Shown one piece after another: positions 38,701 to 49,400 of a stretch of 64,000 nucleotides of DNA. The stretch comes from Lingula anatina (lineage: Eukaryota > Animalia > Brachiopoda), in contig CM120642.1 of NCBI GenBank assembly GCA_051362555.1, positions 31,434,001 through 31,498,000 on the forward strand, in the 5' to 3' direction. A model generated the notes under the pieces. It did not search any database. It was given only the letters and a program-made list of their open reading frames with translations, and had not been told where the DNA came from. The number at the start of each line of letters is the position of its first letter. The stretch's first letter is position 1. Made by a program: the position numbers and the translations under genes.

Positions 38701-41700
38701 AATTTAAAATTTGCAAACATACAGCAGGTAAAAGAGCAGATTCAGCTTCATAAAAGAAGTAGCCCAGCTTTGGCACATTGTATCCTGTGATGGGCGTTCC
38801 ACAGTCTCGACCAATCAGAGATCTCCTACACCAGCAGTTGCCATTGGCAACACAGACAGAACTTGTTGATGCTCCAGGAAGACAGTCACATGACTGGCAG
38901 CCGCTTGGGTTGGACACAGTCAGATTGAAGAAACCAGGCTGAAAGGGTCAATGGCTTCATTATATTTCATAAAATAACTATAACAGTGCTATTAGCAGAA
39001 AAAGCTTGTTCAGTACTAAAAATTAAAATTAAAATTACAAATATTTCATGAAATGTATACAATCCTCCATTCTGTGACATGGACAGACACTGATGGTGAC
39101 AAAATGCATGTTCCTGTACTTTTAAGAAATAAATCTATAGATATAAGATATGAAAGTTGTCTGTTGCTCTAAAATCTGTTTTCGCTGTTTTATTCAGTTA
39201 TTAATCATTCAGATTAATGTTTATAATCAAATACACAATACCTGTCAGTGGTATCCCACTACAGTAACTCCTATCTGTACAGATATTTAATCATTAATTT
39301 TCCTCACAGTAAATACAGCAATATGATACCACTCACCTTACATTCACTGCACCTCTGACCTTGTGTGTTCTGCTTGCATACACATACTCCAGTGTCTTTG
39401 TTACAGAAATTGATGGAACCAAGGGATCCCACAGGGTCACAGTTACAGGCTGTAAAATAGCAGTCAGTTTGAATTTAACAATTTTATTCCATGCACTGAG
39501 TCATATTTAGTTACAACATGTATATATATATCAGTTACATCTATTTTCTATAATTTCCAAATCCAAAATAAAATCAGCATAAAAGTTAAACTTAACCACT
39601 TTGCACCAATCATGAAATTAATGAGGGCTGCCATGTGTCAAAAGACCCAAAACTTCTTCGAAGTTGTTCATACAGTACAGCTTAAAGCTTTCTCAAAAAC
39701 ATTCATTAATTCTCTGTAAGTACCCTGACATCCATCAGGGTTAGCTGCCTGGAAGTTCCAGTACCCATCCCTACACTGGTCGCATGTCCGTCCCATTACA
39801 TGTGCTTTACACGAGCATTGCCCTGTGTCGCTGTTGCAGACGTAACCACTACTGGCAAGGGTCCCATCTCGATTGCAATCACATTCTGAAATTCATATCA
39901 TTTGTACATGAGACATAATTTCATCAAAATATATTCTTCAATAAAATGTCTGCAGTTGAAACTTTATCTTTTTTTTTTTGCTCAAATATAATGCTGTACA
40001 TTGCCCAGAGTAGAAAGTTATGAAATTGACTTATAAATGTAAGACTGCATATGGTAGATAGTGATGTTTCTACTCCACTACTACCAACATTTTTTGGCAT
40101 TTTCAATTAAAAAATAAGTACAACAAGAAGGCACTGGGGCGCATATTCTGACAACAAGTTCTGTGATTGCTAAGTAGAGCATTATTGTTTAAAATATTCA
40201 GACTACATTATCATCAATATTCAGAATTAAACATTACAACAGAGGGCAATGTAGTTTAAGACAAAATTCAAGGATAGGTCTAGAATTATGTACTGTATTA
40301 CTACTGTATATAGTGTTTGAAAAAAATTGAAACGGTGTCCTTGAGAAAAAAGCTCCAAAAGTGTACTCAAAATTCATGTTCATGGAGCCAGCATGTCTCT
40401 CCCCTAATATGCATTCAAATAGAAGACAATAAATCATTTCATATGTGACTCTATAACTGAGGATGATCAAATTTAATGTTAAAAGGGAAAGATGAATTAG
40501 TAATGCGATGTATAAAAGTAAACATTCAATAGATATCCAATAGATGACAACCCACATGTTTCTGGAAGGCACTGCATAAACATTTTATCTAATATAAGAA
40601 ATACCAAGCCATAACATGTGCTCTATGTTGATTTAATATTATAATAATATGTACAATATCTCCATTATTCATCTGTAAACACATAAAACTCAACCACATC
40701 ATGGCATACTAACAGCAAAATGAGTAATTCACACAAAGTTCTGTAAACAATTGCTCAAACAGAAGGGTGGAGTAATTTTGCAGATGCTACCGCAATATCA
40801 CAATACATTAATAATTATTTGTACTGTTTTCTGAATTGTTAAAAATCTATGAAATCTAGGCTTGGTAGGTAATCATGAGGGACAAAATCTATAAATCAAT
40901 ATGTACTAAGAATCTGATTTTGTGCTGACTATCTTATGTCATTTGGCCTCCTTCCACCACATAACGCACGCAACTAGTTTTCTGATTACAGACATGCATA
41001 TTTTATTTCAACTGCACAAGCAGACTACATGGGAAAATTGCATATAATTGATCAAGATTTATAAAAAGAAAAAAAAATCCATTGTTCTGGAATGAAATAT
41101 TTTGAAAAAAAAATGGCATGTCAAGTTAACTTTGTACTAGAAAAGTCATTGATTTATGATTAACATTTAAATTTAAATATGCGTCATGTACCAACAGTTC
41201 AAACTTCAGATTGTAACCAAATAACTATGACTTTCAAACCCTACAGCTGTCTGGAAACATTTATGTCTCCCTTCTAGAAAAAAAAAACCTATACAGGTTT
41301 GGGTATAAAAATTCTTGAAAACAGTCCTTTATTCACTGTGCTGCACCATGCTGATTGGTTTATGTGAATAATTAATACCAGCAAATGCCAAATGTGATTA
41401 CTTCTTAGCCTTTCCTGGCTTAGTTCTGTTTTGGAGCTACACAATTTGTTTGATGAAAATTTATCTAATTCTTGCCAAGAATTTCCACTTTATATTTTTT
41501 TATCATTTGAATCAGTTATTTTCTACACCACTAATGTTACTACTACATGAGTTTTTTTAAGTATCTGTAGCATGCACCACAGACTGAGAATTACAAATGT
41601 TTAAACTGTTATTATTTAGAATCCAGACTTTGGCATTCAGAATGATTGAATTCAGTTCTTCCCATTACACAACATGTGGCATTTAAAAATTAATATCAAT

Positions 41701-44700
41701 ATTTCCATTGGCATCTTAAAATCAAGTTTCTCTATCTTTAAGCAAATTCTATCAACTAATTTCCAAGCAGAGATTATCGAGCTGTTCTTGTTTCAGTCCA
41801 CCTTTACTGATGATATGCTGGTGTTCCACATTCACTCTACAAACACCACATGTGAAAAGAACACAGATAGCTGCTGCATTAATGACAGGCACTTCAACAT
41901 CACCATGGTTTTCAATGGGACAGCTGAGTGGTGACTAATCAGATTTCATGTGCTTGGTGGTCCAATTACATAATCAGTTACTGGTAAAGATTATGTCAGT
42001 GCTGATTTTAAAATTTCAAGTGCAGGAATTCATGTCTTTATGTGCCACTTCATGGATTCAGATGAAGTGTTTCACACACACACTTGAAAAAAATAAAAAA
42101 CAAATTGCTTTCTTTACACCAAAGCTACCTAATTATTTATCTGTGACCCAACCCATCCAAATTCTCAATACAATTTATAAATTATGCAATTAGTGGTAGA
42201 ATTTTGTAAAACCTAAATCAATATTGAAAACAAACATGCCAAAGGTGATCTTTTTTGAAAATGTGGACCTTTTTGTCCCCTTAGTATAAAAAACTTGAAA
42301 TATGAAATATATATGTTGTAGAACCTAGATCAAATTTTGATTAAGAGAGGACTTTTTCTGAACCCCCTAACCCCTTGTCCATGGACCATATCACATCTTC
42401 TAGAATGTGAATCTTCTACATCTTCTTGACTGATATACTGGTTTTATGTGAAAATTAGGCTATTTTTGAATCATAATATTTCTTTATATATATATACTTT
42501 TTTTACATAGCATGGTAATTGTGTTCTTAGGTGCTTGCTTTTTCATGTAAAGTCTACTAAATGTTTTTAATGGATTTTAGACTAAAAATAAATGTATTAT
42601 CATTATTATTCAATGTTGAAAATTAAGTACATGATTATTGTAGGGGACTATATATGTCAGGTATTTCTACACAGAAGAAAATAAAAAAATTACTTCACAC
42701 TAATTTCCAGACTATCTTACCTTTACAAACCCAAGCCACTCCAGGTATGTCTGAGACATTGGCCTTGTAATGGTTACTAATACACTGGTCACACTTGTGT
42801 CCTGTGCTGTTATAGCCACAGTTGTCACATATTCCGTACCCCACTCCTGAGTCATAATGGCACGATTCGGCATGGGCATTACAGCCACACTCTGAAATAT
42901 GGGTAAGTTGACTTAGTAATGTGGTAGATATCTTATACATTGCACATAGGTTTCATTGTGTACTTAAAATTTAATCATAAATAATCATTGATAATACTTT
43001 GCTGTTTTTAAGAAAAGGGTACAGGTTTTATCATCAACTTTCAGACAAGACCTTAATAATAACTGGTCAGAAATTTATTGTATTCTTAACTGATCCATCA
43101 CACTAATTCTTCACAATTTTTTAAAAAATGCACAATATTAAAGTATATTTGGTATAAACTTAACAACCCATTTATATCATTCTACTGATCAAGCAAATAA
43201 TTTAGGTTCGGGCTGATGCCAAATAAAGCTTGCATAATGATTTCAATTTCCATTCTAAGAGCTGTGTAATTTAAATGGCTCATTATATCCTTTTGGTAAT
43301 ATTCAAAATAAACCCAAGATTAACATATATATATATATATTGTGTGAAGCATCAATTTATTAACATCTGATTTTTTTTTTTTGGGGGGGGGGTTAAAATA
43401 CAACACCCAAATATTTGCTTGGATTTCCAGATAAATTTATAAGGCTTTTATTTTTACTAGAAAGTGATAACCATGCTCACCTTGACAAGCATTTATCTGG
43501 TCTCCAACGGCAGCCTGCCACGACCTGTTGTTGTATAGGGGGAGACACTGGTCACAGTTGACGCCCATTGTGTTGTGCTGGCATACACACTCTGCTTGAT
43601 TCTGAATATAATAAACAGGTTATTAATTTCAAAATAAAAATGGCACCTTGGATATTGATAGATTTTATACGTGTAAGTTTTTTTTTTTCATTTTACATTT
43701 TTCATTATGGCTTTGATTTGAGTTGTATATTTCAAAATGATAAATATATATATTACTTACACATTTCAAAGTTGGCCTACTAGTACTTTTCCGGACAGGC
43801 AGAAAAACATGGGCAGACTAAGTATCACAAACCAATCTACTTACTGGTCCTGTGCATTCTGCAGCATGTCCGAAACATGCGCACTGACCGCGGATATCAA
43901 TGTTGCTGACAGCGAAGTACGAGCTACTGGGTGTGGAGTCTGCGGGAATTAGAAACCGGAGTCGTATGGAATACGCTGTGTAGTGGCTCTGGGATGCAGA
44001 GGTGAAGAACTGGGATGACCAGTCCCTGAGAGGATGGTAAATGACCTGAAACACAGCAATATAAAGTATGGTTAAAAATAAAATAGGGCTTTGGTATGTA
44101 ACTAAGTTTACATATTTATTGTACTTCTTGAATAGACATTGGTAAAAGATCTGAAAGTGACAATGTCTTATATTTTTAACATAATATACAGTTTTCATTA
44201 GGTTTAGAACCCATTGGATAAAAGTGAGGAAAATGAAGGTTATTTCAATGTCATTATGTGAAGACCAATAAAGACATTTTTTAATTCAAATTAATATCCC
44301 ATAATGTAACTTAAATAGCTGATACATCTGTTATCATCTATCTCTTCACCTCAAGTAAACTGGTTAAAATTTTTGTGCCCACTTTTCAACTAAAACATCA
44401 AGGTACATAATAACATATTCTTTGGTTCTAGACTGAATCTATCAATAGTTTTTGAGCAAAATAGACTATAGCACAAAAACTGCATGCAAATTGCTTTCTA
44501 AATCTGGTGCACTTATACCAAAGAAGTTTAAAGATACTGTTAGCAAGGAAAAAATTAACAAATTTCATTTTTCAGATTTTTCTGGGATTCTGTTGAAATC
44601 AGAAATCTGCAAAAAACAAGTTGTTGTGATAAAAAAAAAAAATGCCAAATTAAAGTACATGTAAAACTATACGATAAAAACCTCACCTCCTGTAAGTTAG

Positions 44701-45415
44701 AGTCCTGTAACTGTGTAATTGTATCCCCTGCGTAGTACCCCTGATAACAGATGGGATTGGTGGGTCCTGTCCGTACCGGCCCCCCTGGGACCTGGCTGTG
44801 TAACCACACATATTTACTACAGTCCTGGGCATAGTAACGCCAAGTTCTCCAGCTGTCCGAGTTCGCATGGTCTTTGACTTCGATCACCGTGGCTTTGGGT
44901 CTCGCATCCGAAAGCTCCCCTGCAGGAATGTGCGGACTCACAAATGTCATCACGATCTTTGTTATGAGAAATCGATCCCCTAGGTTGATCTCAATCCATT
45001 CTAGGACAGGGTCTCCGTTGGGGTCGGAGACTGAGTTTTGAGACTGCCAGTACGTGGAGTCAACAGGACTGATAACTAATTCCACTCCAGAGTTGACCTG
45101 TTGCGTATCATATAAATAAGGGTTGGCTGGGTGGGAGGAGCTACCAGCTGAGCTGCATACATATACAGTGGGGTCATTTGTGCTGGTAAGTTTGGTATAG
45201 TTGGTGGCAGTTGGGATGCCACATGTGGATCTCCCAGCTACAGTGCGGTTTGAGTATGTGCCATCTGCTATACCTGAGAGAAGGTTCACTAAGGCTGGAT
45301 AACATGCACTATTGGAACATGGCTGCTGACTCCATATACAAGGGAGTAAAATGAATATAAAAAATAAACAGATTTCCTTTTTACATGTGTGGCACTTGTG
45401 ATTTGATAAATACAT
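18674..45415 (-). CDS. Laminin beta/gamma-hybrid-like chain (~2190 aa): signal peptide - LN - LE - LF (IV type B) with ChtBD2 insert - LE - L4 (IV type A) - LE - coiled coil
   Basis: 36 phase-consistent exons (minus strand): 45415-44687, 44045-43845, 43601-43481, 42891-42721, 39885-39724, 39449-39337, 38938-38723, 38429-38280, 37197-37062, 36526-36332, 35366-35254, 34898-34724, 34374-34225, 33924-33796, 33395-33272, 33066-32924, 32649-32424, 32109-31857, 31267-31145, 30692-30576, 30090-29871, 29158-28977, 28662-28500, 28133-27940, 26613-26514, 25903-25763, 25015-24893, 24544-24411, 22998-22888, 22586-22357, 22100-21806, 21609-21329, 20898-20757, 20330-20154, 19656-19473, 18816-18674. Motifs: LN (CYPALVNLL, STCG, YWQS, WRYYAQDC, RGQCACFGHA), many LE repeats, LF (FFYEAE, YDILLRY), L4 ([30 protein letters not shown]), heptad-rich C-terminus ending AENCNVN*. 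Confidence 0.9.
20525..20805 (-). repeat. Degenerate ~120-bp triplication of a laminin exon 3' end plus donor region
   Basis: Three copies encode RSDDHINTVNRVSAQ (true exon end), IDSDVYMVTRVAAE (followed by gtatg) and RSDDYVSTMNRG; the first two are followed by similar gtatgacc..attcagca..tgtag intron sequence. Confidence 0.6.
22760..22802. repeat. (AAT)n microsatellite
   Basis: Directly visible. Confidence 0.95.
24105..24370. mobile_element. PIF/Harbinger (Tourist)-like MITE with ~100-bp imperfect inverted arms
   Basis: Ends GGGACCATTCACA ... TGTGAATGGTCCC; arms ~24105-24205 and ~24274-24370 are reverse complements; TAA on both flanks (3-bp TAA TSD is typical of PIF/Harbinger). Confidence 0.7.
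26100..26380. repeat. CA-rich cryptic/perfect microsatellite in a laminin intron
   Basis: Directly visible; another (GT)n tract lies at 26655-26706. Confidence 0.95.
26866..28015 (-). repeat. 85-bp minisatellite made of a laminin exon 3' end plus splice donor (14 donor-like sites)
   Basis: Minus-strand unit: gtaagtatataactacagcagtagtcagggctgtactcagtgtaactgtcatcctcagggtgctctcagtccacagtgtaatctg. Donor-like sites at 26866, 26951, 27036, 27121, 27206, 27291, 27376, 27461 (GC variant), 27546, 27631, 27716, 27765 (49-bp unit), 27850 and 27935. Confidence 0.95.
29137..29520 (-). repeat. Minisatellite made of a laminin splice acceptor plus exon start (9 copies; 43/34/52/43-bp units repeated twice)
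   Basis: TCTGAAG (= cttcag/A acceptor on the minus strand) at 29158, 29201, 29235, 29287, 29330, 29373, 29407, 29459 and 29502, each next to a copy of the exon start ATGACTGTAGGCCCTGTATGTG. Confidence 0.95.
30871..31180 (-). repeat. 45-bp in-frame minisatellite made of a laminin L4 exon 3' end plus splice donor
   Basis: Unit encodes SAIWVRAKYSN|VSPI; GTAAGT donors (CTTAC on +) at 31140, 31095, 31050, 31005, 30960 and 30915, plus a degenerate one at 30871. Confidence 0.95.
36332..36526 (-). CDS. Chitin-binding type-2 (ChtBD2/CBM14/peritrophin-A-like) exon within the laminin gene
   Basis: ttacag|TG TTT TTC ACA TGT... encodes VFFTCDGRPDGNRYPHPYNCQQFYQCSNGFAFLQNCPGDLVFTSDLGGLCVQAQYNDTALPPILT, ending C|gtgagt. 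195 nt, phase 1-1. Matches the CxxxxDG-x-YPHPxxCxxFYxCxxGxxxxxxCPxxLVF pattern of ChtBD2; 5 of the usual 6 Cys are present. Confidence 0.8.
37343..37939. mobile_element. ~600-bp non-autonomous DNA transposon (MITE) in a laminin intron
   Basis: ~30-bp imperfect TIRs TAGACTCGCCCTTCAAAAAATCGACGAAAA / TTTTCCGTCGATTTCTTGAAGGGCAAGTCTA; an internal inverted TIR-like copy at ~37703-37731; richer in CpG than the host intron. Superfamily not assigned. Confidence 0.75.
42238..42388 (+). mobile_element. Decayed relative of the MITE at 3126-3269
   Basis: Shared blocks TTTTTTGAAAA.GTGGACCTTTT, TAGATCAAATTTT and AACCCCC.AACCCC; termini eroded. Confidence 0.55.
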
Positions 45416-46468
45416 GTTTGTGTATTTTCTTCAGCAAATCATGGAATGATTTGTCACATTCACTTTTGTTTCAGTTTTGATCTTTTTTTTTTCTTTAGAA
45501 ATCACCCTGGTAGAGTCATCTTCTCTGTACTTCAGCTTCCCATATTTGCTGCTTTACATCTAATCCATGTCACACATGAGGAACCTAAAGCATAAAGATA
45601 ATGTGCAGTTTAATTCGACATCATGCTTCCATTTAATGTGACATTATTCACCTCATAAGGCAGGCACTGAATTCAATAGATATGTTTTCTGATTTCATTA
45701 CATGCCTGAAATGCGTTCCTACAATTCACAGAGTAGTAAACATCAATAAGGCATAAAATGAACAAAAAAGACACACAAGACAATTTAATTAATAATAATT
45801 TTAAGTCAACACACTGCCTCTCAAACTAAAACATCTATTCATAAAAAGTTTTCCTCAACACTTGCACTTTAAAATGAAATATATTACATCCTAGTTTAAA
45901 AAGGCAGAAACAACATACCAAATCCGCGTGCATGACCTTTTTAAATATCCACTGTGTATTTTAAAGTCAAAACAGAAGCAGCCGTGAAATTCAGCTAATT
46001 TCAAAAGATGCGGGCACTTGTTAAGAGTCAGTTATCTAACAAAACTTTCCCCACAATTATTTTCCTCCATCAGATAACCGGTGTTGTACTTACACTCTCT
46101 TGAATCCTTTATCTGTGACTTTTGCGTGATTTCATTACACTGCATTTCAGTGAACGCCCTTATCCCGTAAATAATTGAACACACAACAACGAGTGACAGT
46201 GACATGCATCGATTTTTGTTTGTAGTGCTGACCTACTTAACGATTTTCAAACTGAGGCACAACTTCCGCTTACATCCATTTTAGAGAATAACGCGATGAT
46301 GCTTATTGTATGATATTGTTTTTCAGCTGAAATATATGAGTAATATTATGATTTATCATCTTAATTTTTCATTTGGATCTTAATTAAATATTATTACAGG
46401 AAGTTTGTAAAGTATTTATCGTTTTCATTTCCGGGGTATCTTCTCTCATTGCTACACAACTTTCGAAA
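45416..46468. promoter_or_regulatory. Probable bidirectional promoter region between the laminin (-) and UBR4 (+) genes
   Basis: Start codons lie ~1.05 kb apart head-to-head; local CpG enrichment; ETS-like cores ACTTCCG (~46262), CAGGAAGT (~46397), TTCCGG (~46429); YY1-like AAAATGGC overlapping the UBR4 ATG. Confidence 0.5.
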
Positions 46469-49400
46469 ATGGCAGGAAGTGCAGAGGTAGACTGGTCATC
46501 TTGTGTAAAACCTCTGCTACCTGCGTCTAATTCAAGTTTTATCCCAGCTGAAATACCAGATGTAGTAGAATTCATTCTAAAGAGGTAAGGAATGCCATAC
46601 ATGGGTTTATATATTTTGAGATTGCTGCAAAATTTGACCGTTTTCATTCGTGCTGCACCCAGTCTCAGCAAGGAGACAATGTAATTGATAAAAATAGATT
46701 AGATCTATGACTTTGCTATTTTGACTCAAAAATGCATTGGTTATCAACCTTTGATCATTCATTTTTTCCTGTGATTGTGATGCAACAGAAATAGTTATCG
46801 ATCAATAACATCTTTCTTTTGATGGCTGTTTTGTAATTTTAATTTGTATTTTATTTTTTTTTATTTTACTTTATTTTACAATGACTTTACATATGCTTAA
46901 CTTATTTTTTGCATGACGTTTTGCCCAGTGGCATGACATAATAAAATGATATAATGTCTCATGGCTAACATAACATAGAACTAAATCTCACCAGTTTATC
47001 ATTCATATATAATTTGATTTTTTATAATCAAAAAGCATGCTGAATTGTACCCAAACCCAGATGTTTAGTCTCATCCCACTCTTGCCATATTATTAATACT
47101 CTTTAGAGTATGCATTACATAATCCATATGTCAGCAAAGTGTGTATGGCATACATCAGTATGGAACTCCATTGAATGTCACATACACCTCGCTATGGAAT
47201 AGCCTACTACTTGAATTATCGCATGGTGTCAATAACCGAAAAAATAGAGTGGCATTACTCACATTCATGCATGGTTTTAGTGGGTGCAAGGTGCACCATA
47301 TGTGGATTCTTTGTTATCAACATGGTTTTCCTAAAAATACATAATCTCTGCTGTAGTTTCAGTGATTCCCAGCTGTTGACACATGATGAAGAATATGAAG
47401 GTTTCTATTCTTCCTATGTGGCCCTTGCATGCCACTATCTCAGTGCCAATGCTGGGGAAAGTAAGTGTTTTAATTTTATAATATGTGTCAAGTGGATGTT
47501 AATTTGAAATGTATGGTCCTTTCAAATAATGCCTAGAATACTGTTTGGGGCTTGCTATATATTATGCAAAGGGCGTATTTAAACATTTGAGGTGTTAACA
47601 CACACTTTGAAAAGTAACTAGACTTTTAAATAACTGATTTAAGGAGGTAATCCTTTGACATTATATTTTTTTCAAATAAACTGCTGTTTGCTGTCATATT
47701 ATTGAAGTTTATAAAAAGACATGTTATTTTTTTTCAAGTCCCAAAGAGCAACCTCTCCAGCACCCTAACAGCCTGCAAGATCCTGCTGAATTTCTTGTTG
47801 GCAAGACTGCAGGACAGAAATGAGAACTGCACCATATCACAGGTAAACCACAGAAAAATTTATTTGGAATAATGGAAAAGTTTTTCATAAATTAATAATA
47901 ATATGGTTGTTGAACATGAAGTATATCTTTCTCACTATTGTTAGCTTATGGCCAACATGCCTTTGAACATCAAACTGATGTGCATTATTATGTGACTTAA
48001 CTACCAAGCTGATGTATAAATTTGCTCATAAATATTGTTATATAACACTTTGTTAAATTTGCCCCCCCCCCCCCCAAAGAAAATGACAAAATAATTTGTA
48101 AATCTAATTGGCATTTCATTCAAATATTGAAGAAAACTGTAAGAGACACTGCTGTGCTATTTTTTTACTCTGTTACTTTTGCATAAAGCATTCAATTTAT
48201 CAAATACCAAAAGTATTGAAAAGATTTGATATTGAGCCACAATATGAAGGTATTCTCTATATCACAATATTTCAGTTTATATATGTATTCATTGTCAATA
48301 GAAGTACCTGATGATCCTGATATCTGGGCTATGCAAGGGAACGGCCAGTTTGCCCAAATCTGACCTCTTGACCTTTACGGCCATGTTGAAGTCGGCCAAG
48401 CTGCCACCCCACATTAGGCCGGAGGACAAAGGTATGGAGAATGTGCTTATATCTGTGATAACTGGGCTGTCAGTTATGTTTTTCTACTTGAAATTACATT
48501 GAATGATATACATTGTACAGCAACTAAGATTTGCCACAAGATTGTAATGTAATTGAGAAAATTAACAATTACCAAAAAAATGATTTTGTTCCTTTTTATG
48601 TCAGTAACAATGCTTATAAGCATTTCACAAGCATTCAATACCAATGTGAAAAAATCTCAAGTGCATCATCATCATCATGTTATTACAGAGGGAACAGAAG
48701 AGGTTGCTGCCTCGTCACAAGTGGAGTTGAAGCGCCCCAGACTGGACACTGGGGTGAACATCTTTGACCATCTGACCTCAGTATTTGATGACACTGGACA
48801 GATAGGACAGGGCCAAGGTGAGCTGTGTAAAATTTTTGATAATACACTGTCACCTGAGGGATATATGCCAGAATACCTCTAGCTTAAGCTCGAGATGTTT
48901 GTTGTATATCTAGAGCTGTGGCAGTGCATTATTTGACATACATACTGAGAGAAAAAAACTGAATAAAGCGTATATCATCACAGTCACAGTCATGTGACAT
49001 CTGTATTGTAATGTAGTATGCATAATTTATTTATGTTAATGGAACTGTGTGAATAGAGTAACATATTGACTTATTTTGTCACTTACTGGTCCTTGGATCC
49101 TATTGCAGCTTTTATGTCCCTTCGGGATATACATGATCAGCTCTCATTTAGTGATGCATTCTCATTTTGTTACTTGCCCCAATTTATGGATGTAACTATA
49201 TTCTCATTTAATGATGTGATTTTATTCTATAATTTGACCCGATTTATGCACAAGTTCTCCTTATCTCCCCAGGTCCAGTGGAGAGTATGACCAGTGATGG
49301 CGACATGACCATCTCTCACATCCCAGATCCTACTGAGGACACCAGGAAGATCTTTGCAGCCAAGAACTGTATCGCCCTGCAGCAGTTACACGGAGGGCCA

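Noticed and set aside
18674-45415. Assigning the symbol LAMB1, LAMC1, netrin or USH2A
   Set aside because: The architecture has both LF and L4 plus a full coiled coil and fits none of them; left unnamed.
48553-48688. Signal-peptide-like, poly-His start of ORF 48553-48882
   Set aside because: Intronic: the UBR4 exon begins at 48689 after ttacag; the His run is a (CAT)n microsatellite.
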